Below are positions 48,067 through 60,000 of a stretch of DNA of 64,000 nt, one piece after another; position 1 is the stretch's first letter, and the number at the start of each line of letters is the position of its first letter. The notes beneath the pieces are model-generated. The model did not search any database, was not told the DNA's origin, and was given only the letters and a program-made list of their open reading frames with translations. The position numbers were made by a program, and so were the translations under genes. The DNA lies in the NCBI GenBank assembly GCA_002104905.1, contig MCFE01000449.1, forward strand, positions 1 through 64,000, in the 5' to 3' direction. This DNA comes from Basidiobolus meristosporus CBS 931.73. Lineage: Eukaryota; Fungi; Basidiobolomycota.

Positions 48067-51000
48067 TGCTGTAAAGATTCATAATTCCACCTAAATATTC
48101 ACCTAACTTAGTCACTTAGATCATTACTGCCAAATCATAGAAGATACTGGCCAAGATTCTTCTTGGGATTTACTCAGAATATTTTCACTAAAATATCAGG
48201 TACTCAGAACATGAAAATTCTCCAAGTTGTCCAAGCAGCTCCAAATTTGGCACACACTTTCTTAGGGACTTCCTGAACCTATTTTGCAAGGTTTTTATGC
48301 CAAGACCATTTAAAAGTACAAATACTACTTTGACATTTAATTAATAATTATGTGAAAACCACATAATCTACTTGTTCTCCCAATCACTTCCAATATCTCC
48401 AAGAATTGTACTACAGGTTATGAGCCCTGAGCTATTGGTCTCTGTAATGTCTATTAATGCTGTTACTTGAACTTTCTCCTGAGCTGAAAAGCTGGATGAA
48501 TTTAACTACCAAGTGTGGAAGGTGAAGTTGAAGATGAAGATTTTGCTACAAGAATGAGGCCTTTAGGATATTGTCATGGGAGAAAAATCCCCTCCTACAA
48601 ATGTGGGAGAGGAAGTCTTAAAGTACCAGAAGAAAGAGCAAGGTGCCTTTGATTGCATTTGCCTTAATGTCAAAGTAAAATTGCTAATTCAATGCTCACA
48701 AGCTAAAATGGTAAAGAATGTCTGGAAGGCATTAGAGGACACCTATTAGTCACATTCAGTTGCCAAGAAAATGTATCTTAGACAAGAATTCTTTACTACA
48801 AAGATGCTGCCTGGAGAAGAAATGAAAAATCTAATTCACAGAATTGCCCTGTTGGTGGGTGAGATGGAGTCAGTAGGCATACCAACTACTCATCAGTATG
48901 TGATAGTAACTATCCTGAGTAGCTTGGTAGACATGTTTCAGGGCCTTCTATCAGCCCTAGAGTCCAGAATTGCAGATTTAACCCTATATTACATATTTGT
49001 AAGTCTCCTAGACAAAGAATCAAGAAAATCAGGTGCCATTAAGAAGGAACAGAAAATGCTTTAATAAACAATGATAACCAGCAAAGGAGCAACCAATGAC
49101 CTATCAAAGGCAATAGCAGCCTGCTTTGCAACAACTGCAAAAGGATAGGACAAACTTCAGACTGGTGCTTCAAAAAGAGAGGTAATGAGCAGAAAAAGCC
49201 TGAATATGGAAATGCTGCAAAAGCTGAAGATAGACAATTCATATCTGCACTGATTATGACCACAAACAAGGATTCTCAGATGTGGTATACTGACTCTGGA
49301 GCACCTCAGCCCTTTGCACACCAAAAAGAACTATTTACCCAATTTCAATAGATTGCTATTAAAAAGGTTTTCATGGGTGATGGTAGAACACTTGATGCAG
49401 TGGGAGAAGGAACTATCCAAGTGAACCTTAGAAGCAGTGAAAAAAGCAATACACTGATCTTCAAAGAGGTAATCTGTGTACCAGAAATAACCAAGAACCT
49501 ACAATCTGTAAGCAAGGCCACAGCAGAAGGCCTCAGCTTCAGTTTTGACAATTCTGTATGCAGAATTGCTGATCAAAATGATGCTCATATTGCTTTGGCT
49601 ATTGGAGATCAGAGTTTGCATAGGTTGACTTACATTCCATCATATCTGGAAGCCAGTATATGTAACCTAAATGAAGAGACCACAATGCTCTGGTACAGCA
49701 GATTTGGACACATCAATCCAGATTATTTGTGCAAATGATCAAAGGTCAGGTATTTTCCCAAGTAAAAATTGATCCCCCAGCTGATTTGGAGCACTGTGAG
49801 GCCTGCATATATGGGAAACAAGCCAAACCACTGCTCAGGGGCTCTGGGCTAATCAAAACTAAGAAAAAATTACATCCAATTCACTCATATTTGTGTGGAC
49901 CTATACCAAACTTAATTCATAGGTGGGATGAAGTATTCAGTCACTTTTGTTGATGATTATACAGATACACATGGGTCTACTTCATGGAAAGAAAAGAAGA
50001 AGCTCTGTTTAAGTTCAGGGAGTTTGAAGCCATTGTAGAGAGAGAAACTGGCAAAAAACTCAATAAAATATGCTCTGTTAATGGTGGAGAAGATATATTG
50101 CAACTGTTCATTCATGTCTATAAGATTCATGGGATGAAGCAAGAGACTATTGTACAATACCCCCCATAGCAATATGGAGTAGAAGAACATGCAAACAGAT
50201 CAACAATTGCCAAGGTAGATCTATGATCCATAGTAAATAACTATCATACAATTTTTGGGGAGTCTGAGATGACACAGCTGTATAACTTAAAAGTAGGAGC
50301 TATAACAGAATACATTGTGGTTCTGCTCCATTTGAAGTATAGTATGGATACAGACCATGTACCAAACATCTAGGGATATTTGTGTGCACAGTTTATGGCA
50401 AGAAAGTGCCCAGAAATCAGCCAAAACTTGAGCCAAAAAATGTAAAATATATATATCTGGGCTACTGCAATGCAAGTAAGGCATATAGACTCTATAACAC
50501 CATAGTAAAGAAGCTGATCAAGCTCAGGGATGTGCTGTTTGTTGGAAATTCAAAATATTCACAAAAAATGACATCAGCTAATGACATAAATATGATCTCA
50601 AGTCTACCAATTGCCAGGATTGAATCAGAGCAAAACAATGAAAGTTTTACACTCCCAAGGACTATAGAGTGGTGGTTCAGCCTGAAGCAGTGCCCAGGAA
50701 TATCCCAGAAGTGATCATTCTGGTAGCAAATGCCAAGAGATCCAACTGGACAAGAAATAGCCCAAATTACTATATCAATAAGGGTCAAACTTAGCCTATG
50801 CCTATTCAGCCCACATTGATGAGCCCCAGGCTGAAAAAGGGGCCCTAAATAGCCCTCAGACCAAGTTTTGGAGATCTGCAAAGACTGAGGAATGTCAGTC
50901 CCTAATGGAAATCAAACTTGGGACTGGGTCAAATTACCAATCAACCAAAAATCAATTGGATGCAGATGGGCCTTTAAGGCACAATGAAGGACTGATAATA

Positions 51001-51390
51001 CAATTGAAAGATACAAAGCAAGACTTGTAACCACAGGATACTCTCAGACAACAGGACTTGTCTACACTTAGATCTTTGCATCAATAGCCAAGTTTAATTC
51101 TATTATATTACTATTGGCAATTGAAGCCAAATATCAGTTTTTTATACATCATAATCTACTGTGGATCTGATCAAATAGCAGCAGTAAAGTAGATTTTTGG
51201 ATACCTTAAAGGAGCTGCTGACATCCACTTAAGATACATCTATAAGGACCCAGAACAGGATCATGTGGGATACTCTGATGCTGATTGGGGATGAAACTTG
51301 AAAGACAGAAGATCAACCAGAGGATACACATTTATTTACTGTACAGGAGCAATTTCACATAATTCAAGAAAGCAACCAACTGTAGCACTT
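48067..51390 (+). mobile_element. Copia relic with a complete 5' LTR (48067-48415, 349 bp), PBS GGTTATGAGCCCTA, gag-pol, and a deletion within RT
   Basis: The LTR is homologous to 7363-7712. ORFs 48771, 49373, 49729 and 50382 give gag, protease (MGDGRTL..VGEGTI), HCEACIYGKQ and YIYLGYC..SKAYRLY. RT ARLV and RNase H YSDADWG follow. Confidence 0.9.
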
Positions 51391-51898
51391 TTTTTTGTAG
51401 AGTATATAATCTAATCTAAAGATGACATCTACTGGCAAACAGAACAATACAATATCTTCCCTGTAAAGGAGAGGTTTGATTGGAAGATCTACTGACTTTG
51501 AAAATCAAGATACAGATCTACTTTGAGGAAAAAAAGCCTTTGAGTAAAGTAACTGGAAAGGAAGTTGGGTCCAGAGGAACAGCAGAAGAAGTGGACAATT
51601 TCAAGAGAAGGACAGAAAGGCCTTTGTAGCAAATGTATCAATGTACAAGATTCCTTCATTGGACAAACAAGCTAATTACTTATATAAGGGTATCATAAAC
51701 AATCCAACAATTTTTTTAAAAGCTTTACTTTTAACCAAAAAATATGTTGAGCAAAAAAAATTTCCAAAAAAGTTTACTAATTAATAGTTAGTACATGGTA
51801 ATTTGTTACATAGGGACAGCATAACCAATCATATACCTTTTTCTCTTTTGACCAAAAAATATATTTGACAAAAAATATTTCTAAAAATATTTACAAAA

Positions 51899-52409
51899 TT
51901 GTTCTATTGGATAGTGCCACATTGAGCCATGAGTGCTAAATGATGCCTTAGTGTGCCAGGGAGATGTAGCAGACTTATACTTGGCTACAAAGTGTGAAAC
52001 ATAGATTTTCATCTTCATGAACAACAGCCCCTGTGTTTCACCCATAGTGCAGGAATCTGGTACTCAATACCCATGGCACTCTGAATCTAGCTCCTGTGGC
52101 TTGTAACATGTCACATAAATGCATAGCACTATCAGGCACCATATTAAGATAGTAGCCCTAAAGTAAAATCTGTACAAAGCACTTATAGTGCCAGATAGTG
52201 CTATGCATTTTTGTGACATGTTACTAGTCACAGGAGCTAGATTCAGAGAGCCATAGGTACTGAATACCAGATTCCTGCACAATGGGTGAAACACAGGGGT
52301 TGTTGTTCATGAAGATGAAGACCTATGTTACACACTGGGTGGCCAAGTTTAGGTCCTCTTGGCCTCCCTGGCACACTACAGCTTCATCTGGCACTATCCA
52401 ATGGAACAA
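51899..52409. repeat. Long imperfect palindrome 1 (arms 51899-52139 and 52188-52409, 48-nt spacer)
   Basis: For example, CATCTTCATGAACAACAGCCCCTGTGTTTCACCCATAGTGCAGGAATC pairs with GATTCCTGCACAATGGGTGAAACACAGGGGTTGTTGTTCATGAAGATG with 2 mismatches. Confidence 0.95.
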
Positions 52410-53020
52410 GTCTAATAACTAGTGCATGCCAGTTTGTTATAAAAGGGCAGCATAAACAATTCAACATCCCCTTTCTCTCAACCAAAAAGAATATTTGACA
52501 AAAGAATTTCCAATTATGAATTGTTAGATTTGGAAAATACAATATCAGCTATACCATTTAATTTTTTAAAAAGTTTTCATTAAACCAAATAAGATTTGTT
52601 CATTTGATATCAAGATTTTGAGAAAGAATCTTGTCAAATCCTTGTTAAATTGATTTTTAATCTGTATCACATATATATTATTAACAAAATATCTTCTTTG
52701 ATATGGCAGTATACATATCATTTAAGAATTGCAATTGCATAAAAATGTCAGGGGGTATTGCAGAAGAAATATATTTACAAATGAGTTGCACAAGCTTAAC
52801 ATATGGATGTATATATACAAATTTGGTGATCATATATGTAAATATGTAACTGGATATCTTTGCAGGGGTGGAACTCTGTATAATACCAATCATACTGTTA
52901 ATTATTTACTTATCTGTACAGGAGATTTTTGAATGTGTCTTATATCACAATAAAATAATATTCAAATCAAGGGTTAAAGGTTAAAATAAATAAGATAAAT
53001 GTTGGAACTAGTTTAATAGA

Positions 53021-53744
53021 CTTGTCCCATTCAATAGAGCCACATTTAGCCATGAGCGCCAAATGATGCCATAGTGTGCCAAGGAGGCCAAGTGAGCCTA
53101 TATTTGGCCACAGAGTGTGAAACATAGCACTGCATCTGCATGCAAAGCAGCCCCTAAGTTTCACTCATTGTGCTGGAGAAAATCTATTTTTTGACCTTTT
53201 TGTTTGAATTAATGTTTTGCAGGATGTGTAGGACAAAACAATTAAAGACATGCATCTGGTACTGAATACCCATGGCACTCTGAATCTAGCTCTTGTAGCT
53301 TGTATCATGTCACAAAAATGTATGGCACTATCTTTGTCCACTGGTACTATCAGGCACTATATATAAATATTAGCCCTAAAGTAAGACCTATATAAAGCAC
53401 TACAGTGCCAGATAGTACCAGTGGACAAAGATAGTGCCATGCATTTTTGTGACATGATACAAGCCACAAGAGCTAGACTCCAAGTGCCATGGGTATGGAG
53501 TATCAGAGGCATGTCTTCAGTCCTTCTGTGCTCTCACACATTCTGAACAATGTTGATCCAAAATCAAAGGTCAAAAAATGGATTTTCTCCAGTACAATGG
53601 GTGAAACACAGGGGCTGCTTTACGTACAGATGCAGAGCTATGATTCACACTCTGTGGCCAAATATAGGCTCACTTGGCCTCCCTGGGACACTTTGGCATC
53701 TTTTGGCTCTCATGGCTCAACATGGCACTATTCAATGGAACAAG
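53021..53744. repeat. Long imperfect palindrome 2 (arms 53021-53358 and 53404-53744, 45-nt spacer), same family as palindrome 1
   Basis: For example, GGCCAAGTGAGCCTATATTTGGCCACAGAGTGTGAA pairs perfectly with TTCACACTCTGTGGCCAAATATAGGCTCACTTGGCC. The spacer shares TAGCCCTAAAGTAA...AAAGCACT with palindrome 1. Confidence 0.95.
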
Positions 53745-56649
53745 CCTAATATCTATAATGCTACTTGGCTTCAAATAATTTTAAAAATTTGTTATAGTAT
53801 AATACTTTAAGAGTTTTTAAAGAAATCTTGCCAACCCATAAAGTTTTAAATTAATTTTGTATTTGAAATCAAAAAATTTTAGATGATATTCATGTTGACT
53901 AAAAGGTTGTATTAACCAGTACACACATTGATTGTTAAAAATGTAAATAACACTTTTATTATAGCTTGCTGAATATATTTTCAAAAGATACACCACTATC
54001 CTAATTTATACAAGTCCAATGGATGACAAAATTGTCATATTCATATTGTTGCTTAGACTCTCTTGTGTCCCAATAACTATTAAAGCTTCACTGGTTTAAA
54101 TATTTGACATGTGTATGTTGCTTTAATGTTTTTTATGGTTCTAAAATATAGATTGTCATATTTTGTCTGTTATCATATACATTACAACAATCCTGTAAGC
54201 CTTGTAAGAAGTTTTTGGACTACTTGTTATTCTTTAACAAAAGATGCTGGCATTTGAATAATCAAAATCTTTGGTAATAATCAAAGAATGATTGTCATTG
54301 CTGAGCCTTACACGTAAAATTTTGGGATTTGTAATAAAAGCATCAGTCCAATTCAAAGGATCCATTTGTATGGCTGAGTATGTGATATATCTAACAAAGG
54401 AGGTATTTTGGCCTAAGCTGAACAAGCCTGGTGGAGATGACATTATGAAAAGATTCTTGATGGATATTAATAAGGTTGTATTGAGGGTGTTGTTTAACAT
54501 AGTCCTATCTGTTGGTGAAGGATTGGTTGAATAATATACAGGTTTTGGATCTTAGACAGAAAAATATCTTTGCCAGTAAAACAGCAAAATTGAGAAAGAA
54601 TAAAATATAATATAAGATGCCTACTCTGAGTATTCCTCACCAGCAGTGCTGGGAGTGTCCTCTGGTCTGGGATTGAGTGTTCAAGTAGCAGTGGGTAGCA
54701 GTCATGACACTAATCAACAAGTTGGCATATTGATAAAAGGGATGTGTGGTAATGGAAAGTATTCCATTACTACAATATCCCAAAACCAATATGGCACTCA
54801 TTTCTTTATTTTACTTGTTGCTACTGTAACAGACAGGTGAAAGATCAAGAATTTACAACTTTGAAGGACAAATGCTCCAGACACTGACAGGTAATCCACC
54901 CAACAATCTTATGTTGTACAGAACATGCAGTAGCTAACACATATTTCAAGTTACACTTCATTTGAAGCAATACTCAAGGAGTTATGACCAAAAAAGTCCA
55001 ATTATTTTATATACTGTGCCTCTATTGTCAGGATTACTATGGTGACCTTGATCATGTGTAACTTTCAAGCCAGCCAGTCAAGTCACATGCGATTGTCACA
55101 GGTCTGTGCCTATGTCCAATCTGTGCCACTGCAAAATTTTGGCTTTGTATCACATGTATTGCTTGCGCAATTCCCCAAAAACTTCAATCCTTCAGAATTG
55201 TCATATACATGACTTCCCTAGCTGAAAACAAAGAGAGCCTCTCTTTCCAGAATCTCCACACTACATTTACAAGTTTAAAGGCTATAAGACTTCCCCTGCA
55301 TCACCTGCACTGTTAATTATTCTGACTTTGATTGGTACTGCATCAGTAAAGAGACTGCAAAGCTCACAAGAATTCAATCTAAGTTCTACAAGAAACTACC
55401 ACTTTTCTGCTGGAAAAGTCCCCTCTAAGAAGCTCCTTTACTCCAAAGACACCCCTTCAGTCCTAAGATCCCTTTAAAGACCCCTTTAAGAAACCCCTTT
55501 ACTCTAAAATAGCCCCATTAGGTCTAAAGACCCCTTGAGAGACTTCTACAATACACCCTTTGGGTTAAAGGGGAGCTCATAGTTTCCATATTAGGAAATA
55601 TTTTTTCAGAAGGGAGTGTGATTTCCAAATGAGGAAAAGTTGCTATAAGAGTAAATAAGCCCAATAGTCAACAGAAGGTCAGAACACTGTTGTATAAGTG
55701 AGAACCTCTGCCTATAGTATACTTTGAGCCTAAGATTGAAGATATTTGTGAAAGTTATATCTTCTATTGGTATATCAAACTCCCAATAAACTATTTCGGT
55801 ATTAGCATACCAGAAGTTGTTATATATTATTGATTAGCCACTACATTGTAGAACAATCTGTAAACTAATCATAATACAATACAACAGATGATGATTTATT
55901 GTTGAGTTATTGCCTCCCTTATATACATTTCTCATTTGCTAAGTGATTACTGATTAAGGTGCTCCAGAAGGTCCTGGAGATCAATAGAAGTCTCAACAAC
56001 ATCAGAATGAGCTAAGAATGCTCCAAGTAGATGCTGGAAGGTCTGTAGAGGCAGAGTACAACCAGCCAATCTGGGATTAGTACTCTGATACCTGCGTAAT
56101 ATAGTGATTACATATATAGAATGGAGATGGTAGGGATGGTGACATGGCTTGATCAGGTGCAACATGTTCTGCTGGGGGTACTTGCCTAATATATAAATAC
56201 TTACATCAAGTAATCTTACATAAAGTGAGGGATAACTAATGCAATAAGTAAGCAGGTATTGTAGCTTGCTGTCTTATAGGATACTATTGAACAGATAATA
56301 CAAATGGGATAAAACAAAAATAAGGGTATCAAAGAAATAGGGAAGCAGAAAATATGGGAATGAGCACATCTCAGTGGGTTTCACAATGACCCAACTACAG
56401 CATTGTAAGGGATAGTAAGGAATCTAGCAAGGCAATCTGGTGCAATCTAGACACAGTTGCTTGCAATCTGTATTCTTTCTCTTAAGGCTCACCTTCTGAT
56501 TCCTCAAGGTATTCACTTACCCACTTGTGATAGTTTAGAACTAAAAGCTCTACTAATATATCTCATAGTGCATTGGTCACATGAGCCAAAACTCATCAAA
56601 ATCTCATTGGTTCCCAAAGTTGTGGCCCAAACAGACACATCCAGCCTGT

Positions 56650-57032
56650 ACTGTGCATATTGCATACACAATTGCACTTAGGCAGCTTCCTTGTCAAATC
56701 CCCTACTCTCAGCTCATTTTTGACCTCAATGCTTGTCCTGTTATATATCTTCTTACATATATCTGCTGGCATCCTGATGTAAAACTCATGCCACAACTTT
56801 GTACTCAGATTCTTCCATCTCTGTCAACTCTCTAAGTTATCCAGTTCTGCTAGATTATTGGGTAGTACCCAGATAGCTATATGAAAGTTAATCATGGGCA
56901 CTTGAGCCATACTGAAATTTTTTGGCAAGAACTTGGGCAGATTTGACATCAACTTTTCTGGACCAGACCATGCTTGTGAGCTGGGGGATGAATTTTGCCT
57001 GGGTTGTACTCAAGACAGGTTGAGACTTAGTA
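56650..57032 (-). mobile_element. Possible older Ty3/Gypsy integrase/chromodomain relic, continuing at ~61972-62400 on the other side of the younger Gypsy insertion
   Basis: Frameshifted reading EYKV.WHEF.I.DAS.I..EDIYN resembles a chromodomain, and LDVKWIDLAQLA at ~62300 resembles an integrase W..LA.FAYN motif. Heavily degenerate. Confidence 0.35.
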
Positions 57033-60000
57033 TGTTATGATCTGCCGCTTGAATGTTTTAGTTAGATCAGTTTTAAGTCAAATCAATTAGTTATTCTTTT
57101 AGGTTATCAGTATATCAGTATTATCTATCAAATCAGTAACATCAGTCAGCAAATGAATCAGCAGATCCTTATCAGACAGAAATAGATATATTAGGTAGGA
57201 TCATATTGGGTGATGATGATGCAACCAAATGAGTCATCAGCCACAGCCTGCATTGGGAAATAATATTAGTCAGCAATTGATCTGGCAAAATGTATATAAG
57301 GAGCTGCTGGAATCTCAATAAAGATCAGTTCAAGTTTTAGAGAATACAATACTAGCTAAGCTCCCTATTCCCCTACAACTCTTATACCAAGACTTGTAAC
57401 ATTGTTAGCAGCAATAACCAGAAACATCCCTCCTGAAGAAAGAAGAAGCCTCCCTCAAGATGTTGGAAAATCAAGAATGGGAGAATGCTATGCAACAAAT
57501 CCTGGCCCAGCAGCAACAGTTACTCCAGATCCTGAGCCAGCAGCAACAAGCAACAACTTCCATGGCTCAAAGCCAGCAAAACCCTGTCAAGAGCAACTTT
57601 AGTGTGAAGGTCAACCAGCACCATGGTAGAGTCAATGAAAACCTTGGAACTTGGCTCTTCTGGATTGAAGAAGCTTTCAAGGCTAAAGGAATTGCTCCAG
57701 AAAACAAGTTACATTATGCAGCCTCTTACCTGGCAGATGCAGCTTTGCAGTGGTACCTCAGCAAGACCAGGTCAGCCACCATGATGGGATGCTATACAAT
57801 CTCTACCTGGGATGAGTTTGTGCTGGAAATTCAGCATGCCTTTGAGCCCCCACACCAACAGACACACCAAGAAGAAAGTTGAAGACACTCAGACAAAAAG
57901 GAATGGTCCAAGAGTACATTTATGAAAATAGATGTCTACTTGGACAAATTGAAAGAATGAACCCTCTGGATCAAGTTGAATACTTTATTGATGGGTTGAA
58001 AGAAAGAACTTGTAAGGAAGTGAATTATTGAAGACCTCAGACTATTGAAGAAGCCATCAAGATTGCCATTGACTACAACTCAGCTATGTTTGGAGTTGGG
58101 AAGCCCACAATGACTAATCAGGGAGGCTACAATCACTATGAAAGAAGACAATCAGAAGCAGTGCCAATGGAAATAGATGCTATGAAGAAAAATCCTACCT
58201 CAGAAGAATGTAAGAAGAAAGGGCTTTGCTTCAATTGCCACCAGCAAGGACATATTGCAAAGTACTGCCCTCAGAGAAGAAATGGACACCAGCCATCAAG
58301 AACCTTTAGCCATATTGAGGCCATGGAGCATAGTAGCACGGATGATGAACTTGAAGAAGATTCAGAACTCACCTTTCACATGACACAACAATACCTATCC
58401 CTGATGACCTCAAACTTGGGAAAGCTGTTATACTTGAATGGAGTAATTAATGGAGTACCTGCCAAGATCATGATTGGCTCAGGAGCTTTGCATGAGTAAA
58501 TGTCAGAGCAATTTGCTCTGAAAGCTGGAATCAACTCAGAACCCACTAAATCAACTTCAGTCTCAACAGCTGATGGGAACTCTCACATAATCAACCATAT
58601 TACTCAGCTAGTAAGGATGAAGATCAATGACTATGAAGCAGATCTAGAGGCCTATATATTTGGGAACTGCAAGTTTGACCTTTTACTTGGGAAAACCGGC
58701 TATTTTGTTGTAATCTGTCAATCAACTGGAGAACCCATGCTACTCAGATCCAGAAGGACAACAAGACCTATCAGCTATTACCTACCAGACTAGATTTTAG
58801 CTTGGTCAATTTCAATGTGTATGAAACAAGTGAGCTTAGCAAGACACAGTTCTGTAGAGCACTAAGAAAAGGCACCCAGATGTTCCTCATGGCAGTATTA
58901 CAGGAGGATTCCATGACTCCAGTACCCAAGAAGGTCCAGACTCTTGTGAAGGAGTATTCAGATGTATTTTCAGAAGAGCTTTTAAGCCTATGACCAGTCA
59001 GAGATGTGGATCATGCCATTGAAACAGGAGATAGCCCTCCAGTGAGCAAAACACCTTACAGAATGAGTCCATTGGAGTTGGAAGAGATGAAGAGACAAAT
59101 AGATCAGCTACTGGAGCAAGGATATTTCAGACCCAGCTAGTCACCTTGGGGAGCACCAGTACTTTTTATGAAGAAGAAGGATTGAACACTTAGGATGTGC
59201 ATTGACTACAGAGCCCTCAACTCAGTTACCATAAAGAATAAGTTCCCCATACCTTGGATTGATGTGCTCTTGGACCAACTCAATGGAGCCACTTTATTCA
59301 GCAAGATTGACCTCATTTCAGGATACAACCAAATTAGGGTACAATTGGAAGATATCCCTAAGACAGCATTCAGGACCAGATATGAGCATTACAAGTACTT
59401 AGTCATGAGTTCTGGCCTCACCAATGCCCCTGCAATTTTCATGACCCTGATGCAGACTGTCTTTCAGGAGTACTTAGACAAGTTTATCATAATCTACCCA
59501 GATGATATACTGATATACAGCAAGACAGAAGAGGACCACTTGGTGCACATTGAAAAGGTCTTGAAGAAGCTAAGAGAGAACAAGCTTAATGGCAAGCTAC
59601 CCAAGTATGAATTCTTCAAGGAACACAATGAATATCTGGGATACATAGTGACTGGCACAGGAGTAACCTTAGACCCTAAGAAGGTGGAAGTAATCAAGAA
59701 TCTGAAGCGGCTCTATAATATATCAGAGCTCAGATCATTCCTTGGAATGGTTTCCTATTATTGGAGATTTGTCAAGTCTTTTGCAAGTATTGCAGCCCCT
59801 TTAACTGATATCCTCAAGAAAGACAATACCTACAGGTGGGACATAGTTTGTGAGACTGCCTTCCAGATGCTGAAGAATGAACTTGCTAAGCTGCCAAGCT
59901 TAAGAATACCAGACTTCAGAGAAGAGTTCACTCTGTGCACAGATACTTCAGATTATGCAATCGGCAGAGTGTTGAGCCAAGAACACAAGGGAAAGGACTA

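Noticed and set aside
54230-56600. Short ORFs and AAGACCCCTT-like degenerate repeats (~55420-55560)
   Set aside because: Probably decayed TE or LTR-associated sequence, with no diagnostic termini or protein motif recognised.
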